DNA of 64,000 nt from an uncultured Candidatus Rokubacteria bacterium (GCA_963758635.1 CAVWWD010000006.1:360180-424179); one strand, 5' to 3'; shown: positions 9,336-20,469, counted from the stretch's first letter. Notes: a model not told the origin generated them from the letters alone. Made by a program: numbers and translations.

Positions 9336-10649
9336 ATGCGCGTGCGCTTCTGGGGCACCCGCGGCTCGATCGCCTCGCCCGGCCCGAACACCGTGCGCTT
9401 CGGCGGCAACACCTCGTGCGTGGAGGTGACGACGAACTCCGGCGTGCGCTTCGTGCTGGACTGCGGGACCGGGGCGCGGCTGCTCGGCAACGAGCTCATG
9501 GCGCGCGCGCCCAAGCCGCTCCGGCTCACGCTCCTGCTGAGTCACACGCACTGGGACCACATCCAGGGCTTCCCGTTCTTCGCGCCCATCTTCTCGCCGG
9601 CCACCCGCATCGACATCTACGGGCCCAAGGGGACGGGCCGCTCGCTGCCCCAGGTGATGGCCGGGCAGATGGAGTACACGTACTTCCCGGTGGAGCTCGG
9701 GCAGATCCCCGCCCAGCTCACCTACTTCGATCTCGAGGAGGGCAGCCACGGGATCGCCGACGCGCGGGTGGTCACCCAGTACCTGAACCACCCGAGCACC
9801 GCGCTCGCGTACCGCATCGAGGCCGACGGCGTCGCGCTCGTGTACGCGTGCGACCACGAGCCCTACTCGGGCACGCTCTGGCGCGGGGACTCCGCCCCCG
9901 GCTCCATCCACTCGATCCTCCACGCGGGCGATCGCCGCCATGCCCAGCTCATGGCCGGCGCCGACCTCGTGATCCACGACGCGCAGTACACGTCCGAGGA
10001 GTACCCGACCCGGAAGAACTGGGGGCACAGCACCGTCGAGTACGTGGTGGAGCTGGCCGCGGCCGCGGGATGCCGGCGCGTGGCCCTCACCCATCACGAC
10101 CCCGCCCGCGACGACACCGCCGTGGCCGCCCTCGAGCTCGCGGGCCGCGAGGTGGCCGACGCGCGCGGCTCGTCCATCGAGGTGTTCTGCGCCTACGAGG
10201 GCTGCGTGCTCGACCTCGCGCCCAGCGACACGCCCGCCGCGGCGAAGGTGAGCACGGCGACGGCCCGCCACGGCGGCTCGCGCATCCTGATCGTGGACGA
10301 CGACCCGGACCTGCGCGTGCTCGCCCGGCGGGCGCTCGACAAGGACGGCCACAGCATCCGCGAGGCCGCCGACGGCCACGAGGCGCTCGCCTCCATGTCG
10401 GAGTGGAAGCCCGACCTCCTCGTTCTCGACCTGGTGATGCCCGGGATGGACGGGCTCGAGGTGCTGCGCCGGCTGCGCGCCGACGCGGACACCGTGGCGC
10501 TGCCCGTGCTGGTCCTCACCGCGCACGGCGACGAGACGAGCACCCGCATCGGCTTCGACGTGGGCGCCACCGACTACCTGACCAAGCCGTTCTCGATGCC
10601 GCAGCTCGCCGCGCGCGTGCGCGCCTGCCTCGCCCGCACCGCGGGCTGA
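9336..10649 (+). CDS. MBL-fold metallohydrolase fused to C-terminal receiver domain
   Basis: MRVRFWGTRGS, SHTHWDHIQG, WGHS, THHDP; REC IVDDD...DLVMPGMDG...LTKP. Confidence 0.9.
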   Translation: MRVRFWGTRGSIASPGPNTVRFGGNTSCVEVTTNSGVRFVLDCGTGARLLGNELMARAPKPLRLTLLLSHTHWDHIQGFPFFAPIFSPATRIDIYGPKGTGRSLPQVMAGQMEYTYFPVELGQIPAQLTYFDLEEGSHGIADARVVTQYLNHPSTALAYRIEADGVALVYACDHEPYSGTLWRGDSAPGSIHSILHAGDRRHAQLMAGADLVIHDAQYTSEEYPTRKNWGHSTVEYVVELAAAAGCRRVALTHHDPARDDTAVAALELAGREVADARGSSIEVFCAYEGCVLDLAPSDTPAAAKVSTATARHGGSRILIVDDDPDLRVLARRALDKDGHSIREAADGHEALASMSEWKPDLLVLDLVMPGMDGLEVLRRLRADADTVALPVLVLTAHGDETSTRIGFDVGATDYLTKPFSMPQLAARVRACLARTAG

Positions 10650-10783
10650 GACGGCGACGCGCTCCGGATGCTCGGGCCCGCCTGAGCCGCGCTCGATGCC
10701 CCGGGGCCCGGCGTTCGTCGGGACCGGAGCCTCGTGCCGTACACTGGTTGCCTGGTCGAACAGCCTGCCCAGGAGGCCATGCC

Positions 10784-11689
10784 ATGACCGTCCGCTTCGA
10801 TCCCGGCGCGCCCTACGATGTGGAGGAGACCAACGTCACCTACGCGCGGCCACGAGGCCAGGACCTGCTCGCCCGCGTCTACCGGCCGCGCGGCGAGGCG
10901 ACCGACCCGCTGGCCGCCATCGTCGACGTGCACGGCGGGGCGTGGGCCCGCGGGGATCACACGACCGGGGCGGTCCACTGTCGCGCCCTCGCCGCCTCGG
11001 GTCTCGTGGTGGTCTCGCTGGGCTTCCGCCAGGCCCCCGAGCATCAGTACCCCGCGGCCAACGCCGACGTGGCGGCGGGCGTCCGCTGGACCCGCGCCCA
11101 CGCCGGGCGTCTCGACGTGGACGCGCGCCGCATCGCGCTCCTCGGCAGCTCCAGCGGCGGTCAGGTGGCCCTGGCGGTGGGGCTCCGGCCCGGCTCGCCC
11201 GAGCATTCCGGCACCCCGCAGATCCAGCCCGACGGCGCGCCGGGCCTCGCCCACGGGCAGGACACGGTGGCGTGCATCCTCGCCCTGTATCCCGTGGCCG
11301 ATCCGCTGGCGCGCTACCGCTACGCCCTCGGCCGCGAGCACGAGCCGCCCCCACCCTCGGGATTCGACGCCAAGCGTCTGATCGCCTCGCATCGCGCGTA
11401 CTTCGCGGACGAGGCGGCGATGGCCGCGGCGAGCGCCACGCGCATCGTCGCCGAGGGCCGCGCGGCGGCGATGCCGCCGGTGTGGCTCGCGCAGCCCCAG
11501 CTGGACGACAACGTGCCCGCGGAGATCACCGAGGCCTTCCTCGACACCTATCGGCGCGCGGGCGGACGCATCGAGCGCGCGTGCTTCCCGGGGGCGCGGC
11601 ACGGGTTCATCCAGCAGGCCGGGCCCGACGCGGACAAGTGCATCACGCTGATGCGCGACTTCATCGGCCGCCAGCTCTTCGGCCGCTGA
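10784..11689 (+). CDS. Alpha/beta hydrolase (HSL/acetyl esterase-like)
   Basis: HGGAW, GSSSGG, HGF; AGGAGG RBS. Confidence 0.88.
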   Translation: MTVRFDPGAPYDVEETNVTYARPRGQDLLARVYRPRGEATDPLAAIVDVHGGAWARGDHTTGAVHCRALAASGLVVVSLGFRQAPEHQYPAANADVAAGVRWTRAHAGRLDVDARRIALLGSSSGGQVALAVGLRPGSPEHSGTPQIQPDGAPGLAHGQDTVACILALYPVADPLARYRYALGREHEPPPPSGFDAKRLIASHRAYFADEAAMAAASATRIVAEGRAAAMPPVWLAQPQLDDNVPAEITEAFLDTYRRAGGRIERACFPGARHGFIQQAGPDADKCITLMRDFIGRQLFGR

Positions 11690-11986
11690 GCCGCCGGGCG
11701 GGCAGCCCAGCGCAGGTTGAGCCGCAGCAGACGGCGCGCGTTGCCCTCGTAGATCTTCGCCTTGTCCTCGGCGCTCGCCCGCATCCGCTCCATCGCGGCG
11801 ATGGTGTCGCGGATGAACCCGGGCCCGTGCTCGGGATCGAAGGGGAAGTCGGTGCCGAACAACACGTGGTCGGCGCCAAAGAAGGCGAGCCCCGACTCCA
11901 TGGCGTGCCACGCCCCGAACAGCGCGGTGTCGCCGTACGCCCAGGAAGAGGACCAGCGCCACGAGCGCGGCGGCGGCGGCGATCAC
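11690..11986 (-). pseudogene. Chimeric remnant: hydrophobic N-terminus joined to an amidohydrolase_2 C-terminus
   Basis: MIAAAAALVALVLFLG, then in another frame YGDTALFG...HVLFGTDFPFDP...KIYEGNARRLL; N-terminal metal-binding region absent. Confidence 0.7.
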
Positions 11987-11999
11987 GGAAGCGCGGGGC

Positions 12000-12377
12000 T
12001 CAGTCGCGGACGAGGCGGTTCAGGAGCCAGCTCACCACGGACACGATGAGCGCGCCCAGCAGGGCGGCGCGGAAGCCGTGCACGCGGAAGTCGAGCTCCA
12101 TGCCCTCGGCGATCCAGCTCGTCACGAGCAGCATCAGCGCGTTCAGCACGAAGATGAACAGGCCGAGGGTCAGCACGGTCAGCGGCAGGGTGAGGAAGAA
12201 CAGCACGGGCCGGATGATGGCGTTGACGAGGCCGAAGATCAGCGCCACGAGGATGAGCGTGATCCACGCCCGCTGGCTCACCTGCCCGTGCGCGGCCGCC
12301 AGCTCGATGCCCGGCACGACCCACGCCGCGACGAACAGGGCGAGGGCGTTGATCAGGAGCCTCAGCAGGAGCGACAT
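12000..12377 (-). CDS. YvlD/4-TMS phage-holin-family membrane protein
   Basis: GLVNAIIRPVL..LTLPLTVLTLGLFIFVLNA signature. Confidence 0.88.
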   Translation of the reverse strand: MSLLLRLLINALALFVAAWVVPGIELAAAHGQVSQRAWITLILVALIFGLVNAIIRPVLFFLTLPLTVLTLGLFIFVLNALMLLVTSWIAEGMELDFRVHGFRAALLGALIVSVVSWLLNRLVRD

Positions 12378-12408
12378 GGCCGATCCTCGCGCCCGCCGGG
12401 CGGGCGTG

Positions 12409-13820
12409 TCAGGACTGGGAACGAATCCTGTCGACCGAGGCGGGGCCGCCGGGGACCCTGGGCGCCGCCCGGGCCGACGGCCGCAGGAATCCCTCGACCT
12501 TGTGCGCGATGGGCCGGGCGGGATCGTAGAGCTTGCGCCACGGGTTGTCGCGGCCGGCGATCAGGTCGGCGATCAGGATGCCCGCGATGGTGCCGTGCGT
12601 GAGACCCATCCCGGTGTCGCCGGTCGCCACGTAGACGTTGTCGGCGTCGTCGGGATGGGACCCGATGAAGGCGAGGCCGTCCAGCGAGTTCATCCACGCG
12701 ACCCGACCATCGGAAGTCCACGTCCTCCGCCATGGGGAACCGGTCCCGGACCCATGCCTCGAGCGCCTCGTATCGCCTTCGCCGTCGTCGGCCTGTCCCG
12801 CCGGATGATCCTCGCCTCCCACGATCAGCAGATCGTGCCCGAGCCGCCGGCGTCCCCCGCGCGCCCCGCGCGCACCCAGGACAGCCGCACGTAATGGTAC
12901 GGATCATCGGTGTCCCAGTACAGCCCCTGCGGGATCGACCGGGTGGGCACGCGGACGCCGATCGCGTAGCTCGTGTACGCGGCCTGCTTCCGGTGGGTCC
13001 CGTCGAGGTTGACGATCGGCGTGTTGGTGGCGAGCACGACCGCGTCGGCCCTCACCGCCCGGCCCGACGAGACGCACACGGAAACCGTCGAGCCGACATC
13101 GAGGCCTTCGACGTGGACACGGCCGAAGATGCGGCCGCCGCCGCGCGAGATGGCGCGGGCGAGCCCGGACACGTACTTGAGAGGATGGAACTGCGCCTGG
13201 CCAGGGAAGACCAGGCACCGGCCGGTGTCGAACGGGAGGGGGGCCCGCGCGCGCCAGTGCACGCCGGTGAGCCCGGCCGCGCGGGCGGCCGTCAGCTCGC
13301 GCCCGAGGATATCGGGCGAGTCGCCGGGGGCCGGGAAGAGGTAGCCGTCCACGGTCTCGAAGTCGCAGGAGATGCGCTCGCGATCCACGGTGGCGGCGAT
13401 CTCGGCGATGGCGGCGGTGTGGCTCCCCGCGGCCAGCCGTGCCCCCACCGTCCCGTGCAGCCGGGCGATGGTCTGGTAGTACGCGTCCATCGCGTTCGAG
13501 AGGTGCGCGGTGCTGCGGCCGGTCTCCCCGCCCCCGAGCGGCCCGTCGTCGAGCACGATGACCGAGCGGCCCTCGGCGGTGAGACGGTACGCGGTGGTCA
13601 GGCCCGCGATGCCCGCGCCGACGACGCAGATCTCGGTGCGAACGTCACGGGTGAGCGCGGGGCGCCCGACGACGTTGTACGTGGCCGACCACACCGAGGC
13701 GCTCTGTTGAGGGCCGGCGCTCGGGCGCTCGCGGACCGGCGCCTGGCGCGTGGTCGTCGGACGGCGCGCGCGTCCGTTCCCCGAGCCGGGCAGCCGGGGA
13801 CGTCTCGTGCGAAGCGGCAT
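12409..13820 (-). CDS. FAD-dependent oxidoreductase (DadA/YhfW-like, no Rieske domain), several frameshifts at about 12700-12830
   Basis: VVGAGIAG, ETGRSTAHL, QAQFHPLKY, LATNTP, VATGDTGMGLTHGTIAG across frames. Confidence 0.8.
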
Positions 13821-13856
13821 GCCTTCGCCGCCCGCGCTCAGGACCGCCGCCGGCGC

Positions 13857-14102
13857 TCACAGGAGCGGGACGGCATCCGGGCTGCCCATGGGCTCTTCGG
13901 GGATCACGGCCGACTCGCGTACCGTCTCTCCGACGCCGTATCTGAGCTGGGTGGGCACGGACGCCTCCACCATCTCCGGACGGCCGTACGCCTCCGGATG
14001 CTGGTGACGGAAGCATCGATCCATCATGTCGGAAGCAGACCGCTTCATCTCGACCGTGATCTCCGGCATCGACCGCGTCATCTCGATCGTCATCTCGGGC
14101 AT
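13857..14102 (-). CDS. Small hypothetical protein with a duplicated 11-aa N-terminal repeat
   Basis: GGAGGAG RBS; GC3-rich codons; MPEMTIEMTRS/MPEITVEMKRS. Confidence 0.5.
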   Translation of the reverse strand: MPEMTIEMTRSMPEITVEMKRSASDMMDRCFRHQHPEAYGRPEMVEASVPTQLRYGVGETVRESAVIPEEPMGSPDAVPLL

Positions 14103-14293
14103 CGCCTCGACTCCTCCGCTGGCCCGGGCCGTCACGGGATGCCATCACCCGGAGCCACCTCCCTTTCGCGAGCAAGATGCGGGCCAGCGGCGATCCCTGT
14201 GACGTTCGACACTTGCGGATGCGGCCGAGGGTGAGCTGCTGCAAGGACAGCGAGACGGCAGGAAGAAACTACCGCGGCGCGCGGAGTCGCTCC

Positions 14294-16021
14294 TCAGCGC
14301 CCGCGGCAGGCCGGGCAGTCCAGGTCGTCCGGGCCCTGGTACACGGAGCGTGCCGCCGCCGCGGTGACGTAGCCATTGATGACGTCGTCCCGGACCTTCT
14401 CGGTGTTTCTCCGAGCCGGCGCGCCGAATCCGCCCGCGCCGGGGGCGCGGAGCACGATCAGCGAGCCGGCGGGCGCGGCGAAGGCCCCCTTCTCCAGCAG
14501 CTCGCGCTCGGCCCCGTCGAGGCCGATCAGCGAGATGCGCCCGGGCGCGCCCGCGCCGCCGCCGGCGAGGCCGAACGGCGCCGACTTGGTGCGCTCGAGG
14601 CAGACGCTCGCGTGGCTCGGGCCGCCCAGGATGCGCCACGCGCGCTCGACCGCGCAGCCGCCACGGTGGAGACCCGGGCCGCCGGAGTCGGGCACGATCT
14701 CGTAGCGCTCCACGCGCACGGGAAAGCTCATCTCGAGGATCTCGATGGGCGTGTTCATGGTGTTCGAGATCGCGCTCGCCACGCCGGTGATGCCGTCCTT
14801 GGTCGGGCGCGCCCCGAAGCCGCCCTTGATCGTCTCGTAGCTCACGTAGCGCGTCCCCGTCCGGTGGTCCACGCCGCCGAGCGTGAGGATGGCCGAGGTG
14901 CCCTGCGAGCACGCCATCACGCGGTCCGGGGCGAGCTGGGCCAGCGCGCCGAAGAGCATGTCGGCGACGCGGTGGGAGATCTCGTGGTTGGCGTACACGA
15001 CGGGCGCCGGCGACACCGCGTTCACCACCGTGCCCGGCTCGGCGCGAAGCTCCACGGGCCGCCAGCAGCCTGAGTTCGGCGGCACGAGGTCGCCGGGATC
15101 GGCCACCATCTTGATGGCCGCGTAGATGCCGGAGGCGGTGACGGCGAGCGGCGCGTTCATCGGGCCGGGAACCTGGCCGTCGGTGCCCGTGAAGTCCACG
15201 AGGAGCCGGTCGCCCTGCTTGGTGACGCGCATGCGGATCCAGAACGGCGCGTCGTCCTTCTCTCCCTCCTCGATGATGCCGTCGCCGTCGCAGAAGTCCT
15301 CGAAGAACGCGGTGCCGTCGGGCAGGCCGGCGAGCATGACGCGCATCATGCGCTCGGAGTAGTCCATCACCTCCTGCATGATGGCGAGGAGCCGCGCCGC
15401 GCCGTGGCGGCGCGCCAGCTCGGCGAGCCGGGTGACGCCGCGGAGGTTGGCGGCGATCTGCGCGCGCAGGTCGCCCCGGCGCTCGTCGGGGGTGCGCACG
15501 TTGGCGAAGATGATCTGGTCCACGTCGTGGTTGAGGACCCCCGCGGCGTAGAGGCGCACCGGGGGCAGGCGCAGGCCCTCGCCGAAGATCTCGGTGGTCG
15601 CGCCGTAGCTGCCCGGGGTGGCGCTGCCGATGTCGGGCCAGTGGGCGCGCACGCACCCCCAGCCCAGCAGCGTCCCCTCGTGGAAGGCCGGCATCACGAC
15701 GTTCACGTCCGGGAGGTGGCTCCCGCCGAAGTAGGGATCGTTGTGGATGAAGATGTCGCCCGGCGCCACCGCCGGCCACGCGCGGATGACGGCCTTCACG
15801 GCGAGCGGCATCGAGCCCAGGTGGATGGGCAGGTCCGGCCCCTGCGCCACCATCTCCCCCGCCACGTCGAAGAGGCCGCAGGAGTAGTCGCCCGCCACCT
15901 TGAGCAGCGGCGAGTAGGCGGTCTTGGCGAGCACCACCTTCATCTCCTCGGCCGCGCAGTACAGCGCGTTCTTCACCACCTCGAAGGTGGCGGGATCGAT
16001 CCCGGACCTTGGCTCAGCCAT
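14294..16021 (-). CDS. Hydantoinase B/oxoprolinase family protein
   Basis: KTAYSPLLK, PIHLGSM, HNDPYFGGSHLPD, RAHWPDIG, NTPIEILE. Confidence 0.93.
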   Translation of the reverse strand: MAEPRSGIDPATFEVVKNALYCAAEEMKVVLAKTAYSPLLKVAGDYSCGLFDVAGEMVAQGPDLPIHLGSMPLAVKAVIRAWPAVAPGDIFIHNDPYFGGSHLPDVNVVMPAFHEGTLLGWGCVRAHWPDIGSATPGSYGATTEIFGEGLRLPPVRLYAAGVLNHDVDQIIFANVRTPDERRGDLRAQIAANLRGVTRLAELARRHGAARLLAIMQEVMDYSERMMRVMLAGLPDGTAFFEDFCDGDGIIEEGEKDDAPFWIRMRVTKQGDRLLVDFTGTDGQVPGPMNAPLAVTASGIYAAIKMVADPGDLVPPNSGCWRPVELRAEPGTVVNAVSPAPVVYANHEISHRVADMLFGALAQLAPDRVMACSQGTSAILTLGGVDHRTGTRYVSYETIKGGFGARPTKDGITGVASAISNTMNTPIEILEMSFPVRVERYEIVPDSGGPGLHRGGCAVERAWRILGGPSHASVCLERTKSAPFGLAGGGAGAPGRISLIGLDGAERELLEKGAFAAPAGSLIVLRAPGAGGFGAPARRNTEKVRDDVINGYVTAAAARSVYQGPDDLDCPACRGR

Positions 16022-16050
16022 GCGCGTCTCCCTCAGCCATGCGCGTCTCC
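16013..16050. repeat. Exact 19-bp tandem duplication at the hydantoinase A/B junction
   Basis: CTCAGCCATGCGCGTCTCC twice (16013-16031, 16032-16050). Confidence 0.95.
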
Positions 16051-18118
16051 CTCCAGGATCATGAACCCCTGGTCGTCCGCGCGGGCGCGCCAGCCCGGGG
16101 GAACGACGACGGTGCTGTCCATGGACTCGACGATCACCGGTCCCGCGTACGAGCGCCCGATCGCGAGCGCGTCGCGGGCGAGCACGTCGACGCGGACCGT
16201 CCCGACCTCCGTGAAGTGGGCGAGCCGCGACCCGGCGGGCGCGCCGCCGGCCGCGCGCCCGTCCCGGAACAGCTCGAGGCCGCCGAGGCGGCCGACCGCG
16301 GAGGCGCGGACGTTCACCACCTGGACGGGCTCGTCCGGGCTCGCGTGGCCGTACGTCATGCGGTGCTTGTCGTGGAAGTCCGCGGCCAGCCGCGCGATCG
16401 TCTCCACGGTCACGGGACCCGGCGCGACCGGCACCGTCAGCTCGTACGCCTGCCGGCCGTAACGGAGGTCCGCGGCGCGGCCGATCTCGCGGCGCTCGGG
16501 CGGCACGCCGGCCCGGTCCAGCATGGCCGCGGCGGCCGCGGTGAGCTCGCCCCACGCGCGCGCCAGGTCGGGCGCGCGCGCGGCGTCCAGCCGCGCGTAG
16601 AACGTCTTCACGTAGTCGCGCCGGAGATCGCTCGCCACGAGGCCGAGCGCGGAGAAGCCGCCGGGGACGGGCGGCACGATGACGCGGGGGATCTCCAGCT
16701 CCTGGGCCAGCCGCGCGGCGTGCACGGGCCCGGCGCCGCCGAAGGCCACCAGGGCGAAGTCGCGCGGATCGTAGCCGCGCTCGACGGAGACGATGCGAAG
16801 GGCGGCGGCCATCCCCGCGTCGACCACGTCCACGATGGCGGCGGCCGCGGCCAGCGCCTCGAGCCCGAGGGGCCGGGCGATGCGCGTCTCGATGGCCTCC
16901 CGCGCGCGGTCCAGGTGCACGGGCAGCGCGCCGCCGAGGAGCGCGACCGGGTTCAGGTAGCCCAGCACCAGGTCGGCGTCGGTCACCGTCGGCCGCTCGC
17001 CGCCGTGGCCGTAGCAGACGGGGCCGGGCTCGGCGCCCGCGCTCTCCGGCCCTACCCGGAGCGCCCCGCCCGGATCGATCCACGCGATGCTGCCGCCGCC
17101 CGCGCTCACCTCGGCCAGGTCGATCACGGGCACGCGGATCGGGTGCCCGGTGCCGTGCAGCCAGCGGCGCACGTTGCCCGCGCCGCCGACCTCGTACTCC
17201 GACGTGGTCTTGATCTCGCCGCGCTCGATCAGGCTCGCCTTCGCGGTGGTCCCGCCCATGTCGAACGAGATGACGTTGTCCACGCCGAGCCGGCGGCCGG
17301 CGAGGGCGGCGGCGATGACGCCGGCGGCCGGGCCCGACTCGACGGCCATGGCGGGCATGGCGAGGCCCTCGGCCACCGAGAAGACGCCGCCGCTCGACCC
17401 CATCACGTGCGGCGCGGGAAATCCGAGGCCGGTCACGGCGGACTCCAGGCGGCCGAGGTACGAGCCGAGGATCGGGCCCACGTACGCGCACACCGCGGTC
17501 GTGCTCGCGCGCTCGAACTCGCGCACCTCGGGCAGCACCTCCGAGGAGAGGTACACGGGGCGCCCGGGGAGCGCGGCGCGCAGGCGCTCGCCGATGGCGC
17601 GCTCGTGCGAGGCGTCGAGGAACGAGAACAGCAGGCACACCGCCACCGCCTCCACGTCGTGGCGCCGGATGAACTCGATGGCCGCGGTCCACCTCGTCGA
17701 GCCGGAGCGGCTCGACCACGCGCCCCTCCGCGTCGAGCCGCTCGGTGACCTCGAGGCGCAGGTGCCGCGGCACGAGCACGGCGGGGGCGTCCTGGAACAG
17801 GTCGTAGAGCGAGGCGCGCGCCGAGCGCCGGAGCTCGAGCACGTCGCGGCAGCCGCGGGTCGTCACCAGCGCGGTGCGCGCGCCCTTGCCCTCGAGGAGC
17901 GCGTTGGTGACCACGGTGGTCGCATGCGCGAGCCAGCGGACCTCGCGCGGGGCGATGCCGCGCCGGGCCACCGCGGCGGCGAGGGCGTCGAGCACGCCAC
18001 GGGCGAAGTCGCGCGGCGTCGTGGGCACCTTCACCACGTCCATGCTGCCCGCCGTCTCCTCGACGAGGACGACGTTGGTGAAGGTGCCGCCGATGTCCAC
18101 GCCGACCCGCCAGCTCAC
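16033..18118 (-). CDS. Hydantoinase A/oxoprolinase family protein (frameshift near 17685)
   Basis: GVDIGGTFT, HATTVVTNALLE, ESGPAAG, FDMGGTT, FGGAGPVHA. Confidence 0.92.
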
Positions 18119-19152
18119 GCGTTCGCGCCCGCCGCGGTGGACAGGGTCGGGGCGACGCCCGTGATCCGCGCGAACCGGGCGGCGGCGCGGCGGCCGTAGG
18201 ACGAGGCGTCGAGCCGGCCGACGGCAGGGCCGCCCCGCGCCGCCGCTCGATGCACCTCGGCCACGCGGATCAGCCCGCGCATGCAGGCCACCGCCTCGTA
18301 GTACTCGAGGGTCGACGGGTCGAACGACCGCCGGCGCCGGTAGCCGGCCAGGTACCTCCGGAGGAGGAGCCGCCGCGCCACGTCGATCAGGGGCCGGACG
18401 GCAGCGGGCACGCCGAGCACCTCGACAGGCGTCAGCTCCAGTAGCGCCTTCGTCGCCGCCACGTCGTAGGCGGGATCGCCGACCACGGCGTTCGGCCAGT
18501 CGAGCACGCCGGTGATCGCCCCGGCCGAGACCAGGATGTTGCCGGGGTGGAAGTCGCCGTGGCAGATGACCCGCCGCGCCGGCTCCGCGGGCCGGTGCGC
18601 GAGGAGCCAGTCCATCGCGGGCTCGAGGCCGGCGAACGGCGGACCGGCCACGCGAGCGGCGAAGTCCGCGAGGAGACCGCCGACCGTGATCACGTCACCG
18701 GCGCCCGCCGCATCCGTCGCGCGAACCACCGGGGCGGCGTCGAGGTCGTGGAGGCGGAGCTGCGCCGCGACGAGCGCGGGAGCGACGCCGAAGCGCTTGG
18801 CGTCGAGCATCGGACGCCCCGGCTTGCGCTCCATCACGAGGAAGGCCGCGCCGAGCGCCTCGGGATCGGCGCACGCGGAGAGCACCGCGGGGGCCGGATA
18901 GCCGAGCGCGGCCACGGCATCCTGGACCGCCCGCTCCCTCAGCACGCGCGTGGGCTGCGAGCGCGCGGCGAGGAGCCGGAGGATCAAGGGCCCGCGCGAC
19001 GCCGGCGGGCCGCCCTCGAGCCGGAACGAGAAGATCTGGGTGTCGTACCCGCCACGGATGGCGGCGAGCGGCTCGGCGAGACGAAGCGCGGGCGCCTCCA
19101 GGTCGATACGCAGGTAGTCGAGGAGGCGACTCGACAGGTCCGGCAACATCAC
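18115..19152 (-). CDS. Aminoglycoside phosphotransferase/choline kinase family protein
   Basis: CHGDFHPGNIL, VLDW, GDPAYDVA. Confidence 0.88.
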   Translation of the reverse strand: MMLPDLSSRLLDYLRIDLEAPALRLAEPLAAIRGGYDTQIFSFRLEGGPPASRGPLILRLLAARSQPTRVLRERAVQDAVAALGYPAPAVLSACADPEALGAAFLVMERKPGRPMLDAKRFGVAPALVAAQLRLHDLDAAPVVRATDAAGAGDVITVGGLLADFAARVAGPPFAGLEPAMDWLLAHRPAEPARRVICHGDFHPGNILVSAGAITGVLDWPNAVVGDPAYDVAATKALLELTPVEVLGVPAAVRPLIDVARRLLLRRYLAGYRRRRSFDPSTLEYYEAVACMRGLIRVAEVHRAAARGGPAVGRLDASSYGRRAAARFARITGVAPTLSTAAGANA

Positions 19153-19498
19153 GGCGAAACCCGGCCGAGGACAGCCAGCGCGTCCAGGCTCTTCCGGTCG
19201 CGGACGGGAGACTTGGGCATGGGTGGATGGGCTGGCTCGCCTTCGCCTTGATCCGTCTGGTCGCCCAAAGTATAGCCGTAGACCAGCAGATCGAACCCGA
19301 CGAGCGTTGGCCGCCGCAGCGCCGTCTCAGCGGGAGTCCATCGTGCCCTCACTTCCCGAACGGCCGGGGCATTAAAGGAACACGCCGCCGCGACTGTATC
19401 CGAATCCATTCAGTCATCGGTCGTCGCCGATTTGCCTTGCTCGACCCGAGTCATTCGTCTATGTTCGACACCCACGAACACAGGGGGGCCGCGAGCAC

Positions 19499-20308
19499 AT
19501 GGCCACTGTCGCCCTTCGATCGAGCCGCTCGCTGTCATATCCCACGGCGTCGCAATCAGCCGCTCGCCCACTTCGCGTGCGCGAAGTCGACTCGAGCGGC
19601 ACGCAGAAGCCCGACTGCTCGACCGCGACCGGGCGGCCGTCCGCGCGAGACACTACAGTCGCCGCACCGAGAAGGCCTACGTCGCGTGGATCCGCCGCTA
19701 CATCCTCTTCCACGACAAGCGCCTGTACGGGGCTGGAGCTCAGGCTGCTGGAGTGCTGCCGCCTACGCGTCCAGGACGTCGATTTCGGGACGAACCAGAT
19801 CGTCGTGCGGGGCGGCAAGGGCGACAAGGACCGCGTGACGATGCTGCCGGCTGCGGTGAAACCGCATCTCGCGCGGCATCTGGAGCGTGTCCGCGAGCAA
19901 CATCGGCGAGATCTCGAGAGCGACGCCGGCTGGGTAGAGCTTCCGACCGCCCTCGCCCGGAAAAACCCAAATGCCGGCCGGGAGTGGGTGTGGCAGTGGG
20001 TCTTCCCGGCGACGCGGACGTATGTCGAGCCGCTCACGCGCGAGCGTCGCCGCCATCACCTGCACGAGTCGGTCTTGCAGCGCGCGGTGAAGCACGCGGC
20101 CTGGCGCGCCGGGATCGCCAAGCGTGCGGGCCCTCATACCCTGCGCCATTCGTTCGCCACTCACCTGCTCGAGGACGGCCGGGACATCCGGACCGTCCAG
20201 GAGCTCCTGGGTCACCGTGACGTGTCCACGACGCAGATCTACACGCACGTCCTGAACCGCGGCCCGTCCGGGGTGCGCAGCCCGCTCGACGGGATGTTGG
20301 ATGCGTGA
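19499..20308 (+). pseudogene. intI: Integron integrase with an internal deletion and two compensating frameshifts
   Basis: RLLDR...[24 protein letters not shown] joins directly to LYGAG(L)RLLE; GKGDKDR, IntI-specific insert [48 protein letters not shown]. Confidence 0.9.
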
Positions 20309-20469
20309 TAATCACGCCGTCCCGACCGGGATATGCGGCGCGCTACACGACATCCCCGCGTTGGATAGCACGGCCAGGGAGACCCGGCCAAGGATCAGTA
20401 AGGAGTGGGAATCACAGGACTGCAAGAACCCAGCCTGGAGGGTGCGACCGATGCTACCCGGCTCCGCGT

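Noticed and set aside
12000..12377. Holin as evidence of a prophage
   Set aside because: This family is commonly chromosomal and no other phage genes are present
19149..19498. ORFs in the lower-GC stretch upstream of intI
   Set aside because: Atypical codon use, no recognisable motif and no attC
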